A stretch of 32,000 bases of DNA from contig JAFQCH010000046.1 of the NCBI GenBank assembly GCA_017416485.1, positions 1 through 32,000 on the forward strand, written 5' to 3'. The DNA is from Clostridia bacterium. Its GTDB lineage: Bacteria > Bacillota > Clostridia > Oscillospirales > Acutalibacteraceae. The notes beneath the pieces were generated by a model. The model was given only the letters and a program-made list of their open reading frames with translations, did not search any database and had not been told where the DNA came from. Numbering within the stretch: the stretch's first letter is position 1; each line of letters begins with the position of its first letter. Of the stretch, positions 14,414 to 24,448 are shown in pieces. Made by a program: the position numbers and the translations under genes.

Positions 14414-15322
14414 ATGCGTAGTTTTATGGCGGCTTTTTCAAGCGGTGTTATTCGTGCGGTCGGCATGAAAAGAGTATACAATCATGAAAAGACCTGCTCG
14501 TTGTATATGTCCTATTGTGCACGTATGTCTGCTAAACCTTATAAAATCCCGTCCGGTGTGCGAATGCATGCACAGACGGATTATTACCGCTTTTGCGATA
14601 CGGACATCATTTATTTGCAGGCAAAGGACCGCAAGCCGAAACAATACATTCTCTATTTGCACGGCGGGGCATATATGGAGCAACCCGTTGTGTTTCAGTG
14701 GAATTTTATTAAAAAAGTTATTCACGAAACAAATGCGGCTGTGATTGCACCCATTTACAACAAAACTCCGCGACACACTTACGAACAGGCTTACACAATG
14801 CTCTATGCACTTTACAGAGAACTGTTAAAGCATACAGCACCCGAAAATATCATTTTTCTCGGTGATTCTGCAGGCGGCGGTCTTGCCCTTGCGTTTGCGC
14901 AGGATTTGCTCAAAGCAGATTTGCCGCAACCGCAACAGCTGATTCTGCTGTCGCCGTGGCTGGACATATCCATGTCAAATGATGATATGGATGCTTTGGA
15001 TAAAGTCGATCCGAATCTTGGAAAAAAAGGACTGATTACTGTTGCAAAAGCATGGGCAGGTAATACCGATCTGCACGACCCGAAACTGAGCCCCTTGTTC
15101 GGCTCCAATGTCGGGCTTGCAAAAACAGCGCTGTTTGTCGGCACAAGAGAAATGCTTCTGCCCGATTGCAGAATCTACCGCGAAAAGGCACTTGCCGACG
15201 GCGTGGATTTCACCTATGTTGAACAAGAGGGTGGCAACCATTGCTATCCCTTCTATCCGACTCCCGAAGCCAAAAAGGCAAAAAAACAGATTGTGAATCT
15301 TATCAATACAGGAAGGATTTGA
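14414..15322 (+). CDS. Alpha/beta-hydrolase fold-3 esterase (Aes/HSL-like acetyl esterase)
   Basis: The oxyanion motif is LHGGAY and the nucleophile elbow is GDSAGG. The protein is 302 aa, with RBS gggggagag before the ATG and a TGA stop. Confidence 0.8.
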   Translation: MRSFMAAFSSGVIRAVGMKRVYNHEKTCSLYMSYCARMSAKPYKIPSGVRMHAQTDYYRFCDTDIIYLQAKDRKPKQYILYLHGGAYMEQPVVFQWNFIKKVIHETNAAVIAPIYNKTPRHTYEQAYTMLYALYRELLKHTAPENIIFLGDSAGGGLALAFAQDLLKADLPQPQQLILLSPWLDISMSNDDMDALDKVDPNLGKKGLITVAKAWAGNTDLHDPKLSPLFGSNVGLAKTALFVGTREMLLPDCRIYREKALADGVDFTYVEQEGGNHCYPFYPTPEAKKAKKQIVNLINTGRI

Positions 15323-15325
15323 AAA

Positions 15326-18280
15326 ATGGCATTGCAATTTCACCGTCAATTGGAAAATATTCATGTGAACACCATGGCACCGCGTGCATATTTCATTCCC
15401 TTTAAAACGCACGAATGCAAAAACGCAGACCGTGAAAAATCAGAGCTCTTTTATTTGCTTAACGGTGAGTGGGATTTCTGCTTTATTCCCGATGTGGAAA
15501 GAGTCGGCGTTGAAAAAGAAGGTTTTGCCGAATATGTAGTCTGCCCCGATACCGTCACCGTGCCCAAATGCTGGCAGATGTACACCGACCGCAACTATGA
15601 TCCCCCGCAGTATATCAATCAGGACTATCCGTTCCCCGTGGATCCGCCGCATCTGCCCGATGCCATTCCCGGCGGTTTTTACAGAAGAAAATTCACCTTT
15701 ACCAAAAAAGAAAACAAACTGTATTGGCTGAATTTTGAAGGCGTTGCACCTTGTTTTTATCTGTGGATCAATGACAAATTTGTCGGCTTCAGCAGTGTCA
15801 GCCACTCAACAAGCGAATTTGATGTAACCGAGTATCTTGTTGACGGCGCAAACAAGATTGAGCTGCTTGTTGTCAAATATTGTGTCGGTACTTATCTTGA
15901 AGACCAGGACTTTTTCCGTCTTTCGGGCATTTTCAGGGATGTCTATGTGCTTGAACGCGACGAAAAATGTATTCGTGATATTTTTGTGAAACCCGTTGTC
16001 AGCGAAGATCTGAAGACGGCAGAAATTTTTGTGGATGTTGATTTTACGGCAGATACCACGCTTGCATGGAGTCTGCGCGATCCCGACGGCGCCCCCGTCG
16101 GACAGCACGGTATTGAAACGGGCAATTTCAAAGTCACTCTCGAAAATCCCGTTCTCTGGAATCCCGAACAACCGAAGCTGTATGAATTTTTCATCACCTG
16201 CGGCAATGAGTGCATTTCTGTGCCCATTGCAGTGCGCCGTTTTGAAATCAAGAATAAAACCGTGCTTCTCAACGGTGTCAAGGTCAAGGCAAAGGGTGTC
16301 AACCGTCACGATAACCACCCCGAAACGGGGTATGCCGTTACGGTGGATGAAATGCTTCGTGATCTGTATCTGATGAAACGTGCCAATGTCAACACCATCC
16401 GCACCTCGCATTATCCGAATGATCCCCGTTTTATGGAAATGTGCGACCGTCTGGGCTTTATGATTGTGGATGAAGCCGACCTTGAAACCCACGGCATGGG
16501 CTATAATTACGGCGACTGGTATTGGGATTACTGGGCATTCCTTTGTGATGATCCCGCATGGAAAGATATCTGTGTTGACCGTGCCGTTCGTCTGTTTGAG
16601 CGTGACAAAAACCGCGGCTGTGTTGTGCTGTGGTCACTCGGTAATGAATCGGGTTGCGGTGAAAACCACCGCCACATGGCTTCTTACATCCGTTCCCGTG
16701 ATGACCGTGCACTGATTCACTATGAAAACGCACATCTTGAATATCAGGACAGACTGAATAAAGACTTTACCGACATTTCCGATGTCGAAAGCCGTATGTA
16801 TGCCACGATTGAATATCTCGAAGAATATCTCAACAACCCCGAAAACACAAAACCTTTCTTCTATTGCGAATATGTCGATTCCATGAGCACGGGTGATGTT
16901 TACAAACACTGGGATGGTTTTGAAGACAAAGATAATTACTTCGGCGCCTGCATCTGGGAATTTTCCGATCATGCCGTCAACATCGGCACAAAGGAAAATC
17001 CGAAATACCGCTATGGCGGAGACTGGGGTGAAGAACCCAATGATTTCGTCTGCTGTCTTGACGGTCTTGTGTATCCCGACCGTTCTTTGCGCCCCGGTTA
17101 TTATGACATGAAAAAGGTTTATGAACCTTTTGCTGTTTCCTATGAGAACGGAAATGTCAGCATCAAAAATAAGAAATTTTATACTTCGAGTGCTGATTTC
17201 TATGCAGTGTGGAATATTCAGCAGGACGGCAAACAGATTCTTGACGGCAGAATCGATGACCTTTGCATCGATGCACAGCAGACCAAAGAATATGTTTTGT
17301 TTGCAGATACCACTTTCACGGGCAATACCACGCTCAATCTCTCTTTCCGTCAGAAAAATGCCAACGAATGGGCAGAAGCCGATTACGAAGTTGCTTTTTC
17401 GCAGTTCGTTTTGGCCGAAACTGTTATGCAGGCAGAAAATACGGTTGAAAATGAAATCAAAGTCGAAGAAAAGGCTTTGGAATATGTTGTTTGTGTTGGG
17501 GAAGTGCAGTACACTGTTGACCGTCTGACAGGATTACTTACCGATCTTTACAAAAACGGCAACAAACTTTTGACCGAACCCTTGGCAATTGCTGTATACC
17601 GTCCATGGCGTTATAACACACGCGGTGAGGACGAAACCTGGAATCGTGCCCGTTACGACAGACTGCGCCATAAGTGCTATAACACAATCTTAAGAACGGA
17701 CGAAAACGGCAATGTGGTTATTGAATCCGACGTGTCGCTTGCCGCTGCCGCCATGCCGCCTGCCATGCATATCAAGCTGACTTATACCGTCAAAAAAGAC
17801 GGTTCGCTGACCGTTTGCAGTGATGTCAAAGTTACCCACAATGCCCCCGCTTTGCCGCAGTTCGGTTTTGTATGGAAACTGCCCGCAGGCTTTGAAAATG
17901 CCGAATACTACGGCTATGGACCGCACGAATCTTATGCAGAGCGTTGGCAGAGCACACAATTGGGATTGTATGAAACCACCGTCACCGATCTGTATGAGCC
18001 TTATATTGCACCGCAGGAATCCTCGGCACGTCTCGGCACAAAATATGCTTGTCTTGCAGATGAAAACGGCAACCGTGTCCGATTCTATGCAGAAGCACAG
18101 ACCGGATTCTCCTTTAAAGCCCTGCACTATACAAACGAAATGCTTCGCAATACAAAGCATCACGATGAACTCGTGCCGCTTGACGAAACGGTCGTTTCTA
18201 CACTGTACCGCATCGGCTATCCGTCCGTAAAGGTCGATGAAAAGGAATTCTCCTTTGGCGTTCAGGTTTTGCCTTACTGA
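15326..18280 (+). CDS. GH2 beta-galactosidase
   Basis: The protein is 984 aa. GH2 signatures include KGVNRHDNHPETG, IRTSHYPNDPRF, VLWSLGNESG and FFYCEYVDSMSTG. The start lies 4 nt after the preceding stop. The stop is TGA. Confidence 0.9.
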   Translation: MALQFHRQLENIHVNTMAPRAYFIPFKTHECKNADREKSELFYLLNGEWDFCFIPDVERVGVEKEGFAEYVVCPDTVTVPKCWQMYTDRNYDPPQYINQDYPFPVDPPHLPDAIPGGFYRRKFTFTKKENKLYWLNFEGVAPCFYLWINDKFVGFSSVSHSTSEFDVTEYLVDGANKIELLVVKYCVGTYLEDQDFFRLSGIFRDVYVLERDEKCIRDIFVKPVVSEDLKTAEIFVDVDFTADTTLAWSLRDPDGAPVGQHGIETGNFKVTLENPVLWNPEQPKLYEFFITCGNECISVPIAVRRFEIKNKTVLLNGVKVKAKGVNRHDNHPETGYAVTVDEMLRDLYLMKRANVNTIRTSHYPNDPRFMEMCDRLGFMIVDEADLETHGMGYNYGDWYWDYWAFLCDDPAWKDICVDRAVRLFERDKNRGCVVLWSLGNESGCGENHRHMASYIRSRDDRALIHYENAHLEYQDRLNKDFTDISDVESRMYATIEYLEEYLNNPENTKPFFYCEYVDSMSTGDVYKHWDGFEDKDNYFGACIWEFSDHAVNIGTKENPKYRYGGDWGEEPNDFVCCLDGLVYPDRSLRPGYYDMKKVYEPFAVSYENGNVSIKNKKFYTSSADFYAVWNIQQDGKQILDGRIDDLCIDAQQTKEYVLFADTTFTGNTTLNLSFRQKNANEWAEADYEVAFSQFVLAETVMQAENTVENEIKVEEKALEYVVCVGEVQYTVDRLTGLLTDLYKNGNKLLTEPLAIAVYRPWRYNTRGEDETWNRARYDRLRHKCYNTILRTDENGNVVIESDVSLAAAAMPPAMHIKLTYTVKKDGSLTVCSDVKVTHNAPALPQFGFVWKLPAGFENAEYYGYGPHESYAERWQSTQLGLYETTVTDLYEPYIAPQESSARLGTKYACLADENGNRVRFYAEAQTGFSFKALHYTNEMLRNTKHHDELVPLDETVVSTLYRIGYPSVKVDEKEFSFGVQVLPY

Positions 18281-18284
18281 TTAG

Positions 18285-18322
18285 CAAAAAAAAACCTCTT
18301 GTCTGTGTGACAAGAGGTCTTT
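18285..18322. terminator. Bidirectional terminator between GH2 and ligase paralogue 1
   Basis: The hairpin acctcttgtc-tgtgt-gacaagaggt has an A9 run upstream, which reads as T9 on the minus strand. Confidence 0.7.
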
Positions 18323-18325
18323 GTG

Positions 18326-20017
18326 TCAGTTTAGCTTTTGTGTCAGGCTGACAAAGTCAATTTTGTCCATGCGTGTTCTCGGCATTGCGTCCAATACACA
18401 AATTTCGCGCGGTACAGAAAAACGATTGAGATGTTCTTCGCAGCTTTCAATAATAATCTTTTTGTATTCTTCGAGTTTTGCAATGTCTGCACCTTCTGCG
18501 AGTGTGATATACAGGCGGACAATGGGTCTGCCTTTTTCGTCATAGCCCTGCACGGCACAATTTTCATGCACAAAGGGAAGTGTTTCAATCAGATTTTCAA
18601 TATCGGCCGGGAACACATTGTAGCCCGAAATGATAATCAGTCTTTTCTTTCTTGCAATGAATGTCAGAAAACGGTCTTTGTCCATCTTTGCAAGGTCTCC
18701 TGTCAGCACCCACTTGGTGCCGTTTTCATCGGTGTAAATGCCTTCGCCAAACTTACCGTCTTCGGTCAGATATCCCTTCATTACGCAGTCACCGGTGATA
18801 GCAACTTCACCTACAGTGTCGAACGGTACTTCCTTTTTGTCTTCATCAAGAATTACGATGCGGGAGGTTTCAAAGTCAGTGCCGACCGTACCGGGCTTTG
18901 TGTTCCAGAGAATGTTCGAGCAGTCGCAGGCGCTGCATTCGGTCAGACCGTAGCCGGGCATCAGAATAGCGGTTGAGCCATTATCCTGCATAAATGTGTT
19001 AAAACGGTTCATGAATTCAAACGGAACATTATCACCGCCGATGTAAGCGTATTTAATGTGCTGCAGATGTTTACCCGGGAAGTTGGGGTGGTCAAGCAGC
19101 TTGCGATACATATTCGGCACACCGACAAGGTCATAGCAGGGATTCTTTTTGAGAATATCAATATAATCATCTGCATTGAAGCTCATCATCAGAATGCACT
19201 TGTTGCCTGCAAAAATAGCACACATCATCGTGCAGCACAGACCGAAACAATGGAAAAAGGGAAGCGCTGCAATGTTGGATTTGCTGCCGGGGGCATCATC
19301 GGTGGGAATCATGAGCGAGAATTTGTTGTTGATTGCGGCATTGATATTGGTGGAAGACAGCATAATTGTCTTACTCTGACCGGTTGTGCCGCCACCATTC
19401 ATGTAGAATCCGACAAGGTCACCGCTGCGGGAAACACCTTGTGTGGTTTTTCCCTGACATGCAGCAAGAATATCGCCGTAAAATGTAAACTCGCAAACAC
19501 CATCGGTTGCAGCAATTTGCTCTGCGTTGGGTTTAATTGACAGTTTTTTGCTGTTTTCAACAGCATACTGAGCAGGGGTGGAAACAATCACATGCACATT
19601 CATTTCGCTGAGCGTTTTTGCATGCTTTACGAACAGAAAATCAGGCAACAGAATGCCCTTGGATTTAGTGAATTTCATAGCCGAGCGCATTGCATCGGTC
19701 GGAAACATCGGGTGCAGCAGGCTTGTAATGCAACCGATTTTATTGAGTGCAAAAAGAATCACTACTTCCTCAATGGTGTTGGGAGTGAAAAGTGTGAATA
19801 CATCACCTATATTGAATTTCAGTTCTTCTTTGAAATAATAAGCCAGGCTGTCAATATCAGCAAGAATTTCCGAACGCATGTGGTCGGTACCCATGAATTG
19901 CAACAGCGGATAGTCTTCTTTTATATGCTCTGTGCAAGCAAGAAAATACTCATAGCAATTCAAATCTGCATAATGAGGAAGAATGTCTTTCATTGTAAAT
20001 TGCGGTTTGGCTATCAT
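18326..20017 (-). CDS. Adenylate-forming (ANL superfamily) acyl-CoA synthetase/AMP-acid ligase, paralogue 1
   Basis: The protein is 563 aa. Motifs are GGGTTGQSKT (A3/P-loop variant), GYGLTE (A5), TGDLAKMD (A7), ARKKRLIIISGYNVFPADIE (A8) and PRTRMDKIDF (A10 Lys). The stop is TGA. Confidence 0.85.
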   Translation of the reverse strand: MIAKPQFTMKDILPHYADLNCYEYFLACTEHIKEDYPLLQFMGTDHMRSEILADIDSLAYYFKEELKFNIGDVFTLFTPNTIEEVVILFALNKIGCITSLLHPMFPTDAMRSAMKFTKSKGILLPDFLFVKHAKTLSEMNVHVIVSTPAQYAVENSKKLSIKPNAEQIAATDGVCEFTFYGDILAACQGKTTQGVSRSGDLVGFYMNGGGTTGQSKTIMLSSTNINAAINNKFSLMIPTDDAPGSKSNIAALPFFHCFGLCCTMMCAIFAGNKCILMMSFNADDYIDILKKNPCYDLVGVPNMYRKLLDHPNFPGKHLQHIKYAYIGGDNVPFEFMNRFNTFMQDNGSTAILMPGYGLTECSACDCSNILWNTKPGTVGTDFETSRIVILDEDKKEVPFDTVGEVAITGDCVMKGYLTEDGKFGEGIYTDENGTKWVLTGDLAKMDKDRFLTFIARKKRLIIISGYNVFPADIENLIETLPFVHENCAVQGYDEKGRPIVRLYITLAEGADIAKLEEYKKIIIESCEEHLNRFSVPREICVLDAMPRTRMDKIDFVSLTQKLN

Positions 20018-20051
20018 GATTTCCTCCGAGACTTGATTTTATGTGCTTATA

Positions 20052-20081
20052 ATTATAGCCTAAAATAGATTAAAATGTCAA
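20052..20081 (-). promoter_or_regulatory. Sigma-A promoter of ligase paralogue 1
   Basis: Minus strand: TTGACA (20081-20076), an 18-nt spacer, then TATAAT (20057-20052). A hairpin terminator of paralogue 2 lies at about 20135-20169. Confidence 0.55.
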
Positions 20082-20178
20082 TAAATGATTAAAAAAATTT
20101 AAGTATGTATATATTTAAATTCTGTTATTTCTCAAAGAAAGACATCGGCAGGCTGCAGATGTCTTTCTTGTTATATTA

Positions 20179-21870
20179 TCAGTCAAGTGTTTCTGTAAGG
20201 CTTACAAAGTCAATTTTTTCCATGCGGGTTCTCGGCATGGCATCCAGCACACGGATATCTCGCGGAACAGAGTAGGAATTGAGTGATTCTGCACACATAT
20301 CGGTGATGATTTTTTTGTATTCATCGAGCTTTGCAATGTCACCATTTTCAGACAAGGTTATATACAGACGGACAATCGGCTTTTGGTTATCGTCATATCC
20401 TTGTACTGCACAGCATTCATGGATAAACGGCAGGGGTTCAAGCAGATTTTCGATGTCTGCGGGGAATACGTTGAAGCCTGCAATGATGATAAGGCGTTTC
20501 TTTCTTGCAATGAATGTGATGAAGCCTTCTTCATCCATACTTGCAAGGTCACCTGTCATGATCCATCTTTTGCCGTCTTTGTCAATGTAAACACCTTCGT
20601 TTTCTCTGCCGTCTGGCATCAGATACCCCTGCATAACAACTTCACCGGTCATGCCGAGTTCACCGACTGTGCCGCGGGGAACAACATTATAGTCATCATC
20701 AAAGATTTCAATGTGTGAATAAACAAGATCCGTGCCGACCGTGCCGGGCTTGTATGCCCAAAGGGAGTTGGTGGTGTCGCATGCGCTGCATTCTGTCAGA
20801 CCGTAGCCTGCCATCAGCAGAGCGATCGAGCCGTTTTCAGCCATAATGGTGTTGAATCTGTTGAGGAAATCAAACGGAACATTGTCACCGCCGATATAGG
20901 CATAGCGGACATGTTTGAGATGTTCTCCGTAAAATTCGGGTGTATCAAGCAGTTTGCGGAACATATTCGGCACACCGACAATTTCAAAAATCTTGTTGTT
21001 TTTGAGAAGTTTGATATATTCATCAGCATCAAACTTGGGCATCAGAATGCTCTTTTGTCCCGAGAACAGAGAGCTGAGCAAAACGGCACAAAGACCAAAC
21101 GCATGGAAGAAAGGCAATGCAGAAATATTTGCATAAGTTCCTGCAGGGCAATCAAATGCAATGAATGCGTCTGTTGCATCATTGATTGCCGCGTTGATAT
21201 TTCTTGAAGACAGACGGATGGTTCTGCTGACCCCCGTTGTGCCGCCGCCGTTCATGTAAAGGGCGGTGGCATTGCCGTTGCGACGGATGCAGTCAACGGT
21301 TTTACCTTGATTTCTTGCAAGAATATCGCCGAAGAATTCATACTTGAAGCCTTCGCCGCATGCAGACAATGCCTGTTCATTCGGGCGGATCGCAAATTTC
21401 TTTTCTGCGGGAACTGCATAAACTGCAGGTGCACATACCACAACTTTAACACCCATTTCCTGCAATGCTTTTGCATGCAGGGGGGCCATTGCGTCCAGAA
21501 TCAGAATACCTTTGGACTTTGTGTATTCCACGGAAGAACGCATGGCTTCGGTCGGAATCAAAGGATGCACCAGCGCGGCAATACATCCTATTTTGTTGAG
21601 CGCAAACAGCATCACAACTTCTTCAATTGTGTTGGGTGTGAACAGGGTGAAAGCATCCCCGGGTTTCAATCCGAGTTCTTCTTTGAAATAGTAAGCAAGG
21701 CTGTCCACATCGGCAAGGAACTCGGAGCGCATGATATCTTTTCCCATGAATTGCAACATGGCATAGTCTTCCTTGTGGTGCCATGTGCTTGCAAGGAAGT
21801 ATTCATAAATGCTCATGTTGTCGAATGCAGGCAACAAGTCATGCACGGTAAATTGCGGTTTTTTGATCAT
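20179..21870 (-). CDS. Adenylate-forming (ANL) acyl-CoA synthetase/AMP-acid ligase, paralogue 2
   Basis: The protein is 563 aa and colinear with paralogues 1 and 3, at roughly two-thirds identity by eye. Motifs are GGGTTGVSRT, GYGLTE, TGDLASMD, ARKKRLIIIAGFNVFPADIE and PRTRMEKIDF. The stop is TGA. Confidence 0.85.
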   Translation of the reverse strand: MIKKPQFTVHDLLPAFDNMSIYEYFLASTWHHKEDYAMLQFMGKDIMRSEFLADVDSLAYYFKEELGLKPGDAFTLFTPNTIEEVVMLFALNKIGCIAALVHPLIPTEAMRSSVEYTKSKGILILDAMAPLHAKALQEMGVKVVVCAPAVYAVPAEKKFAIRPNEQALSACGEGFKYEFFGDILARNQGKTVDCIRRNGNATALYMNGGGTTGVSRTIRLSSRNINAAINDATDAFIAFDCPAGTYANISALPFFHAFGLCAVLLSSLFSGQKSILMPKFDADEYIKLLKNNKIFEIVGVPNMFRKLLDTPEFYGEHLKHVRYAYIGGDNVPFDFLNRFNTIMAENGSIALLMAGYGLTECSACDTTNSLWAYKPGTVGTDLVYSHIEIFDDDYNVVPRGTVGELGMTGEVVMQGYLMPDGRENEGVYIDKDGKRWIMTGDLASMDEEGFITFIARKKRLIIIAGFNVFPADIENLLEPLPFIHECCAVQGYDDNQKPIVRLYITLSENGDIAKLDEYKKIITDMCAESLNSYSVPRDIRVLDAMPRTRMEKIDFVSLTETLD

Positions 21871-21915
21871 TCTGTTTTCTCCTTAATTATTTTCTCGTTC
21901 CATAAAATTCAATTT

Positions 21916-21944
21916 ATTATATTGCAAAAAAGAAATATTGTCAA
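21916..21944 (-). promoter_or_regulatory. Sigma-A promoter of ligase paralogue 2
   Basis: Minus strand: TTGACA (21944-21939), a 17-nt spacer, then TATAAT (21921-21916). The terminator of paralogue 3 lies at about 21975-22009. Confidence 0.6.
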
Positions 21945-22020
21945 CAAAAAACAACAATATTCGATATTTTTTAGAAAAAATTTGCGGGAAAGTTTTTACT
22001 CTCCCGCAACGATGTGTCTG

Positions 22021-23709
22021 TTAAAGAATTTCGGTCAACTTCAGGAAGTCAATTTTTTCCATTCTTGTACGCGGCAGTGCATCGATCACCTGAATGTCAC
22101 GCGGAACGGAGAATCCGTTCAGATTGTCGGCGCATTCTTTTGTGATAATCTGTTTGTATTCATCCAATTTTTCAGCATCCGCATCTTCTGACAAAACAAT
22201 GTAAAGACGCACAATGGGTTTCTTTTCTGCATCATAGCCCTGCACTGCACAGCATTCCTTCAAAAACGGCTGGGGTTCAAGCAGATCTTCAATGTCGGCA
22301 GGGAACACATTGTAGCCGGAAATAATGATGAGTCGTTTCTTTCTTGCAACAAAGGTGATGAAATTGTCTTCATCCATTTTGCCGAGGTCGCCTGTAAGCA
22401 CCCACTTTGTGCCTTCGCTGTCGGTGTAAAGTCCTTCACCGAGTCTGCCGTCGGGCATAAGGTAACCCTTCATCAGGCAATTGCCGCTGAATGCGATTTC
22501 GCCGACTGTTCCGCGCGGAACTTCGTTTTTGTCATCATCCAAAATCTTGACGGTGTTGGTTCTCAGGGGGATGCCTACTGTGCCGGGTTTGGTTGCCCAC
22601 GGCATATTGATGCAGTCAACCGCACCGCATTCGGTCAGGCCGTAGCCGGGCATCAAGGTTGCGATTGAACCGTGAGAAGCCATCATGTTGTTGAATCTGG
22701 TCAGGAAATCAATCGGAACATAGTCACCGCCTGCGAAGGCGTATTTGACATACTTGAGGTGTTCACCGGGGAATTCGGGATGGTCAAGCAGTTTGCGGTA
22801 CATATTCGGCACACCGATGATTTCATAAATCTGATTGTGCTTCATGATATCAATGAATTCATCAGCATCAAAGCGAAGCATCGGAATCGCTTTGCAACCT
22901 GCATAAATGCAGCAGAACAGACCGCCGCAAAGGCCGTAGGCATGGAAGAAGGGAAGGGCCAGCACTTTGCAGTTAAGACCCGCGGGTTCATCTGTGGGAA
23001 TGATGGGGGCAAGCGCATTGCTTGTAACCGCATTCAGAACGGTGGAAGACAGCATGATTGTTCTGCTGACCCCCGTTGTTCCGCCGCCGTTCATGTAAAC
23101 AGCAGTCAGATCGCCGCTTCTGTAAAGACCTTCCACGGTTTTTCCGTTGTTTCTCTTGAGAATATCGCCGTAGAATTCAAATTCAAACTTGCCTTCGGCA
23201 GCCTTAACAGCGGTTTCATCGGGCTGAATGAATGCCTTCATTGCAACAGGTGCGGCATAAACCTTGGGAGAAGTCAGAATGATTTTAACATCCATGTCTT
23301 TGAGTGCGTCAGCATGCAAGGGTGCAACCATGTCAAGCAACAGAACACCCTTGGATTTTGTGTATTCTACAGAGGTGCGCATTGCATCCGAGGGGAACAG
23401 AGGATGAATCAGGTTTGCAATGCAACCGATTTTGTTCAGCGCAAACAGAACAACCACTTCTTCAATGGTGTTGGGGGTGAACACAGAAAATGCGTCACCA
23501 ACCTGCATGCCGAGTTCTTCTTTGAAGTAGTAAGCCATTGCATCCACATCGGCAAAGAATTCCGAACGCATGTGGTCGGTGCCTTTGAACTGGAACATGG
23601 GGTAGTCTTCTTTGATGTGGTGCAGGCAAGCAAGCAGATACTCATAGCAGTTCATGTCATTGTAATGGGGAATAACATCCTGCATGGTGAACAAGGGCTT
23701 TTGAATCAT
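22021..23709 (-). CDS. Adenylate-forming (ANL) acyl-CoA synthetase/AMP-acid ligase, paralogue 3
   Basis: The protein is 562 aa with the same motif set (GGGTTGVSRT, GYGLTE, TGDLGKMD, ARKKRLIIISGYNVFPADIE, PRTRMEKIDF). The stop is TAA. Confidence 0.85.
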   Translation of the reverse strand: MIQKPLFTMQDVIPHYNDMNCYEYLLACLHHIKEDYPMFQFKGTDHMRSEFFADVDAMAYYFKEELGMQVGDAFSVFTPNTIEEVVVLFALNKIGCIANLIHPLFPSDAMRTSVEYTKSKGVLLLDMVAPLHADALKDMDVKIILTSPKVYAAPVAMKAFIQPDETAVKAAEGKFEFEFYGDILKRNNGKTVEGLYRSGDLTAVYMNGGGTTGVSRTIMLSSTVLNAVTSNALAPIIPTDEPAGLNCKVLALPFFHAYGLCGGLFCCIYAGCKAIPMLRFDADEFIDIMKHNQIYEIIGVPNMYRKLLDHPEFPGEHLKYVKYAFAGGDYVPIDFLTRFNNMMASHGSIATLMPGYGLTECGAVDCINMPWATKPGTVGIPLRTNTVKILDDDKNEVPRGTVGEIAFSGNCLMKGYLMPDGRLGEGLYTDSEGTKWVLTGDLGKMDEDNFITFVARKKRLIIISGYNVFPADIEDLLEPQPFLKECCAVQGYDAEKKPIVRLYIVLSEDADAEKLDEYKQIITKECADNLNGFSVPRDIQVIDALPRTRMEKIDFLKLTEIL

Positions 23710-23759
23710 TGGAACCTCCTATGTATATGAAATAAAATTATGACATCGTGTCACAAATT

Positions 23760-23788
23760 ATATTACTTCATTTTCATCCGCTTGTCAA
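23760..23788 (-). promoter_or_regulatory. Sigma-A promoter of ligase paralogue 3
   Basis: Minus strand: TTGACA (23788-23783), a 17-nt spacer, then TAATAT (23765-23760). Confidence 0.5.
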
Positions 23789-23884
23789 TATAAATCTTTA
23801 AAAATTTGACAATATTTTTTGATGTTATACAATATCAGTTCTGTTAAAACCTTAAAAACAATCATATTGTTTATAATTTACAGA

Positions 23885-23913
23885 TTGACACACATCGACA
23901 ATTTTGTTACAAT
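23885..23913 (+). promoter_or_regulatory. Sigma-A promoter of the frameshifted secreted hydrolase-like gene
   Basis: TTGACA (23885-23890), a 17-nt spacer, then TACAAT (23908-23913). The RBS ggagga precedes ATG 23944. Confidence 0.55.
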
Positions 23914-23943
23914 ATATTCAAATAAAAACCGGAGGATTGCATT

Positions 23944-24448
23944 ATGCAAAAGATGAAAAAGCTACTTGCCGTTTTGTTGTCAGTGTGTTTGTTTGCGTCC
24001 TGTTTTTGCATCGGTGTCAGCGCATCGGGCAGAAAAGCCGCACTTCCCACAGCTTCCGGCATTCAGGCATTGCGCAATGAGTTTGAAAGTGATGTTGCTC
24101 CCAAATCGGGTGGCTATGCTTTGGATTATTGCTATTATTCTCCTGTTGGTGAAAACGATAACACAAAATATCCGCTTGTTATTTTCCTGCACGGCATCGG
24201 TCATGCAGATTATGCGGGGGCACAACTGGATGAATGCAACCACCAAGGACGGTAAGGGAAACACGGTTTCCCTTGTCAGTCCCAACGGTATGATTTCCTG
24301 GATGAACACGGTCGCATCCTCTTACGGCGGAGTCGTCGGAGATGATTCGGGGAATATTGAAGTCAATATTCTGACCCATGTATTGAGCATTATACGCAAC
24401 GCTTTTTTAAAGATTGTTAACATTTTTCAACGACTGTTCGGCTTATGA
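23944..24448 (+). pseudogene. Secreted alpha/beta-hydrolase-like protein split over two frames, with a frameshift near the G5 tract at about 24213-24217
   Basis: Frame 1 gives the signal peptide MQKMKKLLAVLLSVCLFASCFCIGVSA and KYPLVIFLHGIGHADYAG (an esterase-like oxyanion region), then stops at 24253-24255. Frame 2 continues ...NWMNATTKDGKGNTVSLVSPNG... to 24448 and ends in the same amphipathic tail type seen in two other secreted proteins. No GxSxG nucleophile is visible, so the gene may also be internally deleted. Confidence 0.4.

Noticed and set aside
18338-23730. Long plus-strand ORFs (212, 160, 158, 294 and 352 aa) across the ligase genes
   Set aside because: All are antisense to the three ANL genes. 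They have Cys/His/Phe-rich shadow-frame composition and no RBS or promoter. The three ligase frames carry complete catalytic motif sets.
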